Below, one piece after another: positions 21,038-30,886 of a stretch of 64,000 nt of DNA. A model generated the notes under the pieces. The model was not told the origin of the DNA and ran no database searches. It saw only the letters and a list, made by a program, of their open reading frames with translations. Made by a program: the position numbers and the translations under genes. The number at the start of each line of letters is the position of its first letter. Within the stretch, counting starts at the first letter, position 1. Origin of the DNA: Cyanidioschyzon merolae. Its lineage: Eukaryota. The DNA is taken from NCBI GenBank assembly GCA_000091205.1, contig AP006502.2. One strand, 5' to 3'.

Positions 21038-22804
21038 ATGGAGTTCGACATAAAAACAGTCAGCGTGGAACCTTTTGAAGGACAGAAAACTGGCACGAGC
21101 GGCTTAAGGAAGAAAGTAAGGGTGTTCCAGCAACCCGGGTACCTCGAAGCTTTTGTGCAGTCTGTCTTCTGTGCGTTGCCGGAAATCCCAGGATCCGGGT
21201 TCGATCAGCCCTCTGCTGAAGAGCGAGTGCTGGTTCTGGGTGGCGACGGGAGGTATTTTAATAAGGAGGCAATCCGTAATATTCTTCGCCTGGCTGCAGC
21301 AAACAACGTAAACAGAGTACTAGTTGGACAGAATGGTTTGCTCTGCACGCCCGCAGTAAGTGCGATCATACGAAGGCGCAATCTAGCAGGCGGGATCATA
21401 TTGACAGCGTCACATAACCCGGGTGGACCTGAGGCTGACTTTGGTATCAAGTACAATACGAAGGACGGTGGCCCGGCACCGGAGTCGTACACTGACGTGT
21501 TCTACAAATGGACGCGCCAGATCCGAGAGTACCGTATCGCAGTGGATCCAAGTACCGCTGACGGCGATCCCTTTTCCGAAATATCCCTTGAGCGCCCGCG
21601 GGTCTATGAGTTCCTTTCACGAGATACGAAGAGCCGCTTTGTGATCGAGGTTATCGACTCTATGGATGATTACGTGAGTCTGCTGAAAGAAATTTTTGAC
21701 TTTCAGATGCTAAGGGAACTCTTTCGCCGCAGCGATTTCTCTATGCTCTTTGACGCGCTTCATGGCGTGACGGGTCCATACGGGAAACGTATCTTTGTGG
21801 AGGAGCTTGGTGCGGCGCCGGAGAGCCTCCGCAACTGTCAGCCTCTAGAGGATTTCGGCGGCGGGCACCCCGACCCCAATCTCGTTTACGCAGCAGATTT
21901 GGTGTCACGTTGCGATCCTAAGCAGAATCCCAATGCACCGCAGTTTGGTGCAGCATCCGATGGTGACGGCGACCGTAATATGGTGCTGGGACGGGGTTTC
22001 TTTGTCACACCGAGTGATTCTCTAGCTGTTATCGTGGCGTACGCGAAGGATGCAATTCCATATTTCCGAAAAGGTGGCCTTGTTGGCGCAGCGCGATCGA
22101 TGCCGACTGCCAGTGCAGTGGACAAGGTTACTGCAAAGCTGAAAATCAACGTTTTTGAAACACCTACTGGATGGAAGTACTTTTCGAATCTCCTGTCTTC
22201 CGGTAAGGCTCAGATATGTGGCGAGGAGTCTTTTGGTACATCGAGCGATCACATCAGAGAAAAGGATGGGCTGTGGGCCATTCTATGCTGGCTATCGATT
22301 CTGGCATATCGCAATGTTGGTAAGACGCCCGTCGGCTCATTCATTGGCATTCAGCAAATCGTAGAGGAGCACTGGAAAGAGTATGGTAGGAACTTCTTCA
22401 CGCGTTATGATTACGAGGAATGTGATGCCGTGGCTGCGGAAAGGATGATGGCGCATCTCCGACAATATCAAGAAAACGGCGATTATGCCGTGCTTGAGCG
22501 GGTTGTAGGGCATCCGGTCATCGTTGCCGATGATTTTACGTACACGGATCCAGTCGATCACAGTGTTGCCAAGAACCAGGGGCTACGGTTCGTCTTTGCA
22601 AACGGATCCCGGATAGTTTTTCGCATTAGTGGGACTGGCAGCACGGGCGCTACTATCCGAATGTACATCGAAAAATTTGTCCAGGATCAAGCCAAAATGT
22701 TTGCAGATACTGCTGAAGCTCTTAGCGATCTCATTCACGTTGCGCTACAGGTGAGTCAATTGGAAGCATTCACTGGCCGAACTGCTCCGAGCGTGATTAC
22801 GTAA
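21038..22804 (+). CDS. PGM: Phosphoglucomutase (alpha-D-phosphohexomutase, PGM1-type). The start is placed at MEFDIKTV.
   Basis: Active-site loop GGIILTASHNPGGPEADFGIKYN. Also GTSGLRKK near the N-terminus, the metal-binding DGDGDRNM, and the GEESFG sugar-binding loop. Confidence 0.93.
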   Translation: MEFDIKTVSVEPFEGQKTGTSGLRKKVRVFQQPGYLEAFVQSVFCALPEIPGSGFDQPSAEERVLVLGGDGRYFNKEAIRNILRLAAANNVNRVLVGQNGLLCTPAVSAIIRRRNLAGGIILTASHNPGGPEADFGIKYNTKDGGPAPESYTDVFYKWTRQIREYRIAVDPSTADGDPFSEISLERPRVYEFLSRDTKSRFVIEVIDSMDDYVSLLKEIFDFQMLRELFRRSDFSMLFDALHGVTGPYGKRIFVEELGAAPESLRNCQPLEDFGGGHPDPNLVYAADLVSRCDPKQNPNAPQFGAASDGDGDRNMVLGRGFFVTPSDSLAVIVAYAKDAIPYFRKGGLVGAARSMPTASAVDKVTAKLKINVFETPTGWKYFSNLLSSGKAQICGEESFGTSSDHIREKDGLWAILCWLSILAYRNVGKTPVGSFIGIQQIVEEHWKEYGRNFFTRYDYEECDAVAAERMMAHLRQYQENGDYAVLERVVGHPVIVADDFTYTDPVDHSVAKNQGLRFVFANGSRIVFRISGTGSTGATIRMYIEKFVQDQAKMFADTAEALSDLIHVALQVSQLEAFTGRTAPSVIT

Positions 22805-23379
22805 GTGTAGTGGATCCCAACACACCTTAGTAGAGATTGCGCATGACTGCCAAAAGGCGCTTTATTGCCTATCTATCGGAGAAAGGTTTCCCATAGAACG
22901 TTCAAGCAATATTTTGGTGCTTGTATCAAGTCGACTTTGAACAAGCATCTGCGCTCTGCACAACGGAGACTTGTGAAAAGGGATTGGTCGAAACTAGCCA
23001 GAATTCTGCAGATTTGCTGCAATCTTCAGCTGCCAAGTCAGTATAAAGAGTAAGTTGCATGAGAGTTCCCTGCTTTGTGAAAGTGATGATCTCGTACAGT
23101 GCAAATATATTTCGAGACTGCGATACGCGATTGTCGTTGGTCATCCAGAGACGCAAACTGCCATGAAACGTCAGACCTCGCCGCTGCACCTATGTCAATT
23201 TAAACTGGGACAATGAACCGCTCGCTCTGTTCCTGCCTTTCGAGTTTTTCAGAACATTTTTCTAGATGCACCATATCGACTTTCAAAGAGTAGCAATTAG
23301 GGCTCACGATTGCATATTTAGTTTTATGATGCTATGTTGTCTTTTCGGAGCGGCTCCTTCGATCTTTTTTTTGCACGTG

Positions 23380-23700
23380 GAATTTGTTGCGTTTCTGGAC
23401 TCAAGATGATTCGCGACGCGTTCGAACAGCGGTTCGTAAAATACAGATATTATTATTCAGGGCATATATAAGGGTCTCCACTGCTCGTATTTTCTTCCAT
23501 CTAGCATCCGATGGTCGCGGATTCTTCAAGCGTTCGACCTTTCTGTATCAACGCAACTCGTGGGCGCAGGAATTTGCAATTACTAGATTGACAAGGAAAT
23601 AACACTCGACGCTATCCTTTGACGACTGCTTGGGAAGCTGACGCCGAATGTTCGATGAACTCGTCAAGTCAAATAATTTATTGCGTTCGAAAATCGAATC
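23380..23700 (+). repeat. Solo RF1 3' module (omega-RNA-like non-coding module), lying between PGM and MED6.
   Basis: CTGGACTCAAGATGATTCGCGACGCGTTCGAACAGCGGTTCGTAAAAT...TTCAAGCGTTCGACCTTTCTGTATCAACGCAACTCGTGGGCGCAGG...GTCAAATAATTTATTGCGTTCGAAAATCGAATCC. Confidence 0.6.
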
Positions 23701-24899
23701 CTCCTCGCCTTGCGGTCATCGACGAAAGGGGAGTCCAAATCAACGTGATACTTCTAACGGGATGTGCTCAGAGAGGCTCATGCCTCTTCTGTTTGCGTGG
23801 AAAAGGGGTTCGCGGCTCGGCCGAATCATCGCAGGGATGCTTTCCCGATGAGACTGCGTCACTGCTTCCCAAAATGAGCGCATCGACGGATCGTCATCTG
23901 TCGACATGTTTCCTGATCAGGTTTTTTTCTTTCGTTTACTAGTTCCACCATGGGAAACATCACTTTTCGCAAACCCTCTATCGAATGGAACGGCATGCGC
24001 TTGCATGTGCAGCGGAAAGAGTACTCGCCGAGAGAAGTGCCCAGACGAAGCCTTTGGCCGTACGGTACGGGGCCGGGCACGGCAACAGAAGTGGGCATCG
24101 CGCGGAGCCTCCGGCACCTGTCAAGGGCATGTACTGAAAGATGAAGCAAGCATTCATATGCAACCGAGCGACCATTGGACGGTTGGATTCTGTGGACTTA
24201 TGGGAACACCTGATCATACGCGATCGTAACCGTTGCGAATAGGGCACCGAATCTGCATTCAAAGAAGACAAAAATGGCAAGCGAAGCGTAGATCCCGACT
24301 ACCTCGTGTACATGAAAAGCTCTGCCCACAGTCGGCAGCAGCCAAACCAGGAGTACAATTCTGCCACCAATATCCTTGCATTGCTCAGAACGGAGAGGAA
24401 CTGCCTGGGAACTCCGGCGTATGTAGAGTGTGAGCTAAGAAAGCGATCAAAAGAAGCAGTCTTAGAGATGCCTGCGTAGCCTGGTGTTAATCTCAAAGAA
24501 AGAAGATCCAAAATGCAGTGCGTTCGATTGTATTAAAGGACCTTTCCCATTTTTCTGACATGTGTGCATCAGTAGCGAAAGAAGAGACTTCTAGAAACCA
24601 AGCCGCTTTTGATGGCGATAGCAGGTCTTTCATTTGCCGTCGCAGGCAGCTATACGATAAGTCGGATCGTTGTTCTTATCGGAAACGGCCTGAAACTTTT
24701 TCATGCTGGTGCAAGCGACTGAGTTTTGTCGTTATCGGTCAGAAGCAAGCACCAAAGGAAACTACAGCTGAGACCCGCTCCCCAAGCTACGTCTTGGTTT
24801 CGAGAGAGTTTGTCCGGCGTCATCTCGAGATCGAAACCGCTTAGCCAAGGTGTCCGGGGTGCTCCAAGTTGACCACTCGGCACTATAGGTGATTGACAG

Positions 24900-25478
24900 A
24901 TGGACGAGCTGAACTCGCCCCTCGGGGAGCGAGCACAAGGAGCAAGCCTGGCCCACGTAGTTTGGAGTGATCCGCAATGGCTCGAACGTTACCCGCTGAC
25001 TTTCGAAAACGTTCTGACTTACTTTTCGCGTTCGCCCTTTTATGACCCAACGTGCAATAACGAGCTGGTTCGGATGCAAATGCACCCGGAACTTCAAGGC
25101 GAAATGTTGTACTACACGCAGAGGGAAGAAGAGCTTCTGCTAGGTATGCAGGGGGTAGAGTACGTGCCGTTATGTTCATCGGACGCTCACGAGCTTTTCA
25201 TCATTCGAAAGCAGGTTCGAAGATCCGCGGACGAGGTTCACGTGACGAACCTGTATTACATACTGTACGGGCAAGTCTACGAAGCTCCAGCGTTTTCCAC
25301 AGTTCTTCTTGTTCGTCTCCGACAGAGCGCAGATTTTCTTGTTCGCTCGCTCGGTTTGCTTCGGCAGTGGCTGTCTAAGAAGGAATACGGAGAACCGGGC
25401 GCCACGGGTCATGGGCATGAAGATACCCTTCTTCTGCAACTTCTTCGGAAGGCTCAACAACGCAATCGCCAGCTATAG
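24900..25478 (+). CDS. MED6: Mediator complex subunit MED6.
   Basis: YFSRSPFYDPTCNNELVRMQ and LFIIRKQVRRS closely match the MED6 signature seen in human MED6 (FYDRTCNNEVVKMQ and LFIIRKQQRQS). Confidence 0.85.
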   Translation: MDELNSPLGERAQGASLAHVVWSDPQWLERYPLTFENVLTYFSRSPFYDPTCNNELVRMQMHPELQGEMLYYTQREEELLLGMQGVEYVPLCSSDAHELFIIRKQVRRSADEVHVTNLYYILYGQVYEAPAFSTVLLVRLRQSADFLVRSLGLLRQWLSKKEYGEPGATGHGHEDTLLLQLLRKAQQRNRQL

Positions 25479-27260
25479 CTGTCTTGGTTCGAGGGACTGC
25501 TCAAGAGTCCCCTCCGGGCGCTCGTTTACGTTTCCACTGGGGGTTTTGGAATGCTTTAGCAGCAGCAGATTGTGCAGCGCTGTTCATATTTTGAAAGCCT
25601 TACTTTTTAATGCGTAGACTATTTTTGAGGTTATCTGGGCTGGGCTTCGAAAATTGGACCATATGGGGTCTTGTCACCGTGAGTCATCTGGCTTCGGGAC
25701 TCGTGCATTTTGCTGTTGATTTTTTTCAGTAAATATCAAACAATCGAATGCACAAGCCTCCCCAGTTTGAACTTGATCTGCGACCGGCTGGGTACGACGG
25801 GGTTCGCAACAGGCGTTCAGCGAGATCACCTGTTTTAGAATAGCAAATGCACTGCTTGGTGGATTCGTGACTGGGCGGTCTGAACGGGACACTTTGTCTT
25901 TTGATGAGTGCTCCTTGGAATGGTCGTCGGCTTCGAGTGGAAATTGAAAGCTAGATTTTCTGGAGGATTCTAGTCAGTCCCGGGACGAGCCTAGCGCAAA
26001 AATGGCGCACAAAGTTTGGTGGCTCATCGACGTAGTTCAAGTCTCCCAGAAACGAGATCAAGCTGCTCTAGCGGCAATGTTATGAGCATGCCTATCCCGA
26101 AGGTGGACATGATAAGAATTTGCGTTTCTGAGCGCTTTCTGAGGATTACATCAACATCGCCACAGTAAATGTCCTCTAACCGCATTAAAGTTTCTCTCAG
26201 CAAGTTGTCAGCCAAGAGGGATATCTTTAATAGGCTGAATCTCTGCATTATATGCATAAGTCTTACTCTTAGCGTCGTGTATCCTTTGCGGGGAAAAGAG
26301 TGAAATATGGTTCGAACAGGTCATGTACGGATTCTCGCGTACGTTCCATACCTACACCATCACTTTCTTATCACCGCGGTGTGCAGTCACGACGAATCCA
26401 ATCGGGAAGCAGCACGCGTCACTATTGTGCATTACCGACAAAATCTGCATTCGGAAAAAGCATTTCCATCGACAGGGTAAATGAATAGCCACGGCGGGGC
26501 ACCGCCTCTTGCATGCGCATACACGCACGAGAGTTCTCTACACCAATATTCCAATGCGTGCGCAGTCGATGTGTGTATCCCGGTTCGGCGTTCCGAGGCG
26601 GCAGCGCTCGAGAACGCGAGCGCACCGGATGCGCATCTCCTGGATCCCATCGCACTGCGTGGCGAGACTCGCCACCAGCTGTGAGCCAGCCGTTCTGCAA
26701 GACGCAACGCTAGCAGATCAGGAACGCATCGCGTCCATCGTGCGGTAGCGCGCGCATGCAAGCGCTGCCCTCGAGGGGAGCACGGCGGGAGACGCGACAC
26801 GTACGCGTACGAATTACTGTACCTGTGTGCGGTGAAGTGTATTGGATGTGTGTGGACGTTGGACTGCTAGTCGAGGCGAGTTGTCGGGAGCTGTTCGTCT
26901 TCACACGGAGGTATATTGCGAAGCGCTAGTGTTGACACCGGTATCCGGTGCGAACAATCAGACAGAGCAGCAGCGCGAAGCGCACGTCGGCACCTTGAGG
27001 ACTTGGGCTTCGTGTGCGCGTCTGGCGGCGAGCGCGTTTATCGGACGGCTACGGTAAGGCGCGGGGCAACGCGCTGCAGCGGACCTAGCAGCTGGTGTGC
27101 GGACACAGGGCGGTACAGCTCTGAGGCTGCGTTTTCTCTGGCTCAGTGTGTGTGGCGCGACGTTCTGTGCGGTTTTCTAGGTTGGGGCTACCTCGATGCG
27201 CAGTCGCGAGTGCTCTAGCTCGCTGCAGCAACTGTTGCCTGCACTGTTTGCGTCGCGCTA

Positions 27261-29714
27261 GTGCTGCCCACAGCCATGAAATACGGTCACCGTCTTCGGG
27301 CGTTTTACGAGGTTTTCGGGGCAGCGGATCAGGTGGGCCCGGACGGCACTGCGCCCGACGCTCGGGAGCGCCCTGCACCTGGAACGGCGCCGAAGAGCCG
27401 CACGTCCGACTGGCACCGACAAGTCGAGCCTGAGGTCGTGTGCGACGTAGCCGAGAATGCCGGCCGTGACTCCTCAGCTGGCTACGAGACTTCAGCCTCG
27501 TCAGGGGCCGGTGGTGGCCGCGGCAGCTCGCAGCGCTCGCTTTCACCGGTGCCAGCGGAAGACACCACCTCGGAAGCTGACCCGCTGCCGGATGCTGCTG
27601 TGATGGGACCACGAGCACCGGCGTCGCAGCTCCCGGACCTGCGCTCTGAGCTCGGTGATCGATACCGCGCTTTGTACGCCATGTACAAGGCGGGAAAGGC
27701 CGCTGTCCGGTGCATACGCGCAACCATGGACGAGCACGCACCAAGGGCTCATCATCGGACATCAGTGCCCCCAGAGGCGCTGGGCAGACGCTCCCGCTAT
27801 TTGAAGCTGCTGGGCAATAATCTGCAGCTGAGTCGGATCCCCAGTGACCTCGAGCAGGTGTTTGATGCGGTTTGGGTCTTTTTCGACTCCATTATCCGAG
27901 AAATTGGGGCGTTTCGAAGAGTTTTCGAAGAGCGCACAGCTGACTTGCAGTGCCGCCTGGATGTGCTGCGCCAACAGGGAGCATCTAGCAGCGTGCGTGG
28001 CGCGCTGGAGCTGGGCGCGGAGGCGGAGCAGGTTCTAGTGTGCTTGCAGATTGCCCAGGTTGCCATTGGAAAGATTTTGAAAAAGTTCACCAAGGCGTTG
28101 GCTCTGATCGCATCGGACGAAGCGGCGGCTCGCGGCTGGCATGGTTGGGATGTTGCGGATGTGCGCGAAGACGCGCTCGAAGGCGCAGGCCAGAGTGAGA
28201 GCGAGCAGAGCTCCACGACGACGACGTCAGCGACGCCGGCCGGCAGCGGCGGTAGGAGCGACGCCGATGGCGTTGATAAGCGGCGAGGCGGTACCCGCGG
28301 CGTTGGCAACGCCGCCCCGAACGCTATTCAGGATGCAAAACTCGAGCGTGCTGTACGGTTGGCCATGTGCGGGTCGCTGAGCTCGGCCCTAGCGCTGGAT
28401 CCCTCTGAAGAGGCACCGCCGCTGGTGCTGGTTACGCGCCTTCGCAGATTCCTGGTGCAGCAACCTTTTGTGTGCGACCAAAGACGGTTGGGCTTTCTCG
28501 CCGATCTACGCCACCGTAAGGATTGCGCAGTTCTGGCGCTGCACCGCATCTTAGAAAGCCTAACACCAGCTGCGACCGGGGATGATGCGGCGCTGGGTGG
28601 TGCCCCTACCGGGCAGCTGCATACTGCGGCGGCATGTGCCCCAGGTCGGGGCGTCGATGGCGATCAGCGCACGTTAGGCGCGCTCACGCTGTTGCGGCAC
28701 GTTTTGGACGATGTGCCTCCGCCAGGTGAGTACTCTTTGCATGCTCCCTCAGCGCATCTACCAGCTTTGCCGCCCGGCGGGCGTGTGCGACCTTTCGCAG
28801 AGGAGTGCCGCCTCTTAGCCCGCCAACTCGAGTCGCAGCTGGCGGCCTACAACCCGACTACAGATCCATCGTCGCCATACGAGGTTGCGACACGCTTCTA
28901 TCTGGCGAACGTGGCTGCCTCTGGACCGGCGGTGACGGCCGAAGCTTTTCTCCGAGCTGCGCGATCCGTTCCTATGCACTTTTTGTGCCCAATATGCCTG
29001 GATATGCTTTTTGAGACCGTCGAGCTCCCCTGCAGACATCGTTTCTGCGAGGTCTGCATCCAAGAGGCACGCTTTTCCGCAGAGCTACAAGGCGCTACGC
29101 TCTCGTGCCCGTTGTGTCAGCCGGGTCTGTATCGCCGACACTGCTGCGAAACAGCGGACACGTCAGCGGTGCAGGCCGCGAGGCACGCATCGGCATCGCC
29201 CGAGGAATGCGTGTCGAGCGCCGAGCGCGATGCGCTGTCTCCTGCGGATGCGTGCGCACGGACGGAGCAACGCGAGCGGCGAGCGTCCTCTATTGACGGG
29301 TTACTGCGTGCTGCGTTTCCCGCGCAGTGGCGACTGCGCGAGCGGCAGGCGCGTGCAACCCGTGAGATGCTCGAACGTCGTCGACGCTTCCGCGAACGCG
29401 TCGCGCATCTGGATGCTGCCAAGCTGCGCAGCAGCGGGAATCTCGAGTCTGTGGCGCGGAAGCGGTTTCACTGGGTATGCCAGTGCTTTGGCGATCGTAG
29501 TGGCAGAGCGCGGCCAGTTGCGACACCTCCGCCTTCCGCAGGGGATGCGGTGGCTGATGTGGAACCTGCAGCCGACGGCAGGCGGGCAGGTCTCGTGGAT
29601 GCGCGTGCTGGCGTGCTCGGGGACCCCAAGCCGGATGCCGCTGCGCAGACGCAAGGGAAGCCCGCGACGAGCGTGCCCCAAAATCGAGCGCGCAGTGCCT
29701 GTAGTATCGCATGA
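27261..29714 (+). CDS. SPX-domain / RING-finger E3 ubiquitin ligase (NLA/BAH1-like), with long low-complexity linkers.
   Basis: N-terminus MKYGHRL... and ...IGKILKKFTKAL (SPX KILKKYDK-like subdomain). C-terminal C3HC4 RING CPICLDMLFETVELPCRHRFCEVCIQ...CPLCQ. Confidence 0.6.
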   Translation: MLPTAMKYGHRLRAFYEVFGAADQVGPDGTAPDARERPAPGTAPKSRTSDWHRQVEPEVVCDVAENAGRDSSAGYETSASSGAGGGRGSSQRSLSPVPAEDTTSEADPLPDAAVMGPRAPASQLPDLRSELGDRYRALYAMYKAGKAAVRCIRATMDEHAPRAHHRTSVPPEALGRRSRYLKLLGNNLQLSRIPSDLEQVFDAVWVFFDSIIREIGAFRRVFEERTADLQCRLDVLRQQGASSSVRGALELGAEAEQVLVCLQIAQVAIGKILKKFTKALALIASDEAAARGWHGWDVADVREDALEGAGQSESEQSSTTTTSATPAGSGGRSDADGVDKRRGGTRGVGNAAPNAIQDAKLERAVRLAMCGSLSSALALDPSEEAPPLVLVTRLRRFLVQQPFVCDQRRLGFLADLRHRKDCAVLALHRILESLTPAATGDDAALGGAPTGQLHTAAACAPGRGVDGDQRTLGALTLLRHVLDDVPPPGEYSLHAPSAHLPALPPGGRVRPFAEECRLLARQLESQLAAYNPTTDPSSPYEVATRFYLANVAASGPAVTAEAFLRAARSVPMHFLCPICLDMLFETVELPCRHRFCEVCIQEARFSAELQGATLSCPLCQPGLYRRHCCETADTSAVQAARHASASPEECVSSAERDALSPADACARTEQRERRASSIDGLLRAAFPAQWRLRERQARATREMLERRRRFRERVAHLDAAKLRSSGNLESVARKRFHWVCQCFGDRSGRARPVATPPPSAGDAVADVEPAADGRRAGLVDARAGVLGDPKPDAAAQTQGKPATSVPQNRARSACSIA

Positions 29715-30275
29715 ATGGGGCACGAGCGCTGCGGACGGGTTGCCACGCATCCGCAGTGGGTCCGTGCGAGGCGCGCCTGCGGATGGACCGGTGTTCGATG
29801 CGCTGCTATGCGTGTACGGATGCTTGGGTGATTACGCACATATGAATCGAGGTTTACGCAGTGCAGTGGGCAACGTGGCGATCTCTGCCACTGGCGCAGT
29901 GCAGGCCACGGGGACTCTGCTCGATGGGGCGAGAAGTAGCGATCGCGCGCAGTAACGTGGCCTGTGCGGGTTCATGAGCGCTTCCGGCGATATCCGAGTG
30001 CGGCACGCATGGATGCTGGAGGCCTACCTGTGGCGTCCTCGCCCGCACCACATTGTTCGCTGATAGACGGCCACAGAATGAACAGCCACAGTGGCGGCAC
30101 ACGGCTTGCGCTGGAGAACGTTGGTGCACTCGCTTTGCAATCCTCGTTCAGACCGATACGCACGCTCCGCAGAGATCGCAGCTGCTGGCTGTTATCGTCT
30201 GTTCACCTGGACGTGTGTGTGCTTCACGTCGGACACTGCCAGGTCTGGGCCGGACACCGCGCTGCGAAGGCGCGA

Positions 30276-30311
30276 AGCGGAGGCGGAGGCAGAGGCGGAG
30301 GCAGAGGCAGC
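30276..30311. repeat. Hexanucleotide repeat (GGAGGC/AGAGGC)n.
   Basis: The sequence is gcggaggcggaggcagaggcggaggcagaggcag. Read as an ORF it encodes EAEAEA. Confidence 0.8.
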
Positions 30312-30886
30312 GAGCATCGCAAATCGCTGCTGCTGGCATGCGCAATGGAAAGCGAGTTGTGCGCGTCTCGCCAAAGTGACCCAGCTGTGGGTAGTTACAG
30401 GGTCATGCCCCCGTGGTGAAATACGTGTTACTGCTTGTGCAATAACTGGGAGCGAAGCACTCGATCCCACTAATTTGATGGAATGCGTTCAGTGCATGCA
30501 GCGCTTGCTTCAAATCTTTCCGTGCGTTTGATCGCTACGTGGATGCTGCTTCGGACGACATCTCATGTCATGCAATTTCCTTCCGAGAAATCCCGATGCT
30601 TGACGCCATCGTGGCGCCCAGTGTATCACTTTATTTCATTAGATAGGCACGCCTCCGAACTAGAGCGGAACCTGCTCGTATCCTCAAACTATGCAAACGA
30701 ACATAAAGACCTTGATTTCGAGACGATATTCGTCGTGCAAACGATTTCGAGGTGTAACGCACGAGGCAATGGTGTCCGGCTCGGATGCGGCTGGTGACCC
30801 ACGAAGCGGCGCCCGACGCCGCAGCTGGCCGCATCCGTACGCGATGCTGGGTGTCTCATGGAGGTCCTTCCAATTTTTAGACAAGT

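Noticed and set aside
23395-23445. Resemblance of part of the RF1 3' module (CGCGACGCGTTCGAACAGCGGTTCGTAAAAT; AATTTGTAGG in one copy) to U6/U1 snRNA segments.
   Set aside because: The matches are only a few nucleotides long, are not shared across copies in the U6/U1-critical positions, and there are no flanking snRNA features. It is treated as coincidence.
26400-27260. Dense overlapping ORFs on both strands in a very GC-rich stretch upstream of the SPX-RING gene, and similar ones at 13890-15104.
   Set aside because: Mutually overlapping ORFs in all frames with low-complexity Ala/Arg/Pro composition are expected by chance at about 65% GC. This is most likely UTR/promoter (CpG-island-like) sequence. 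Only the longest is listed, at low confidence.
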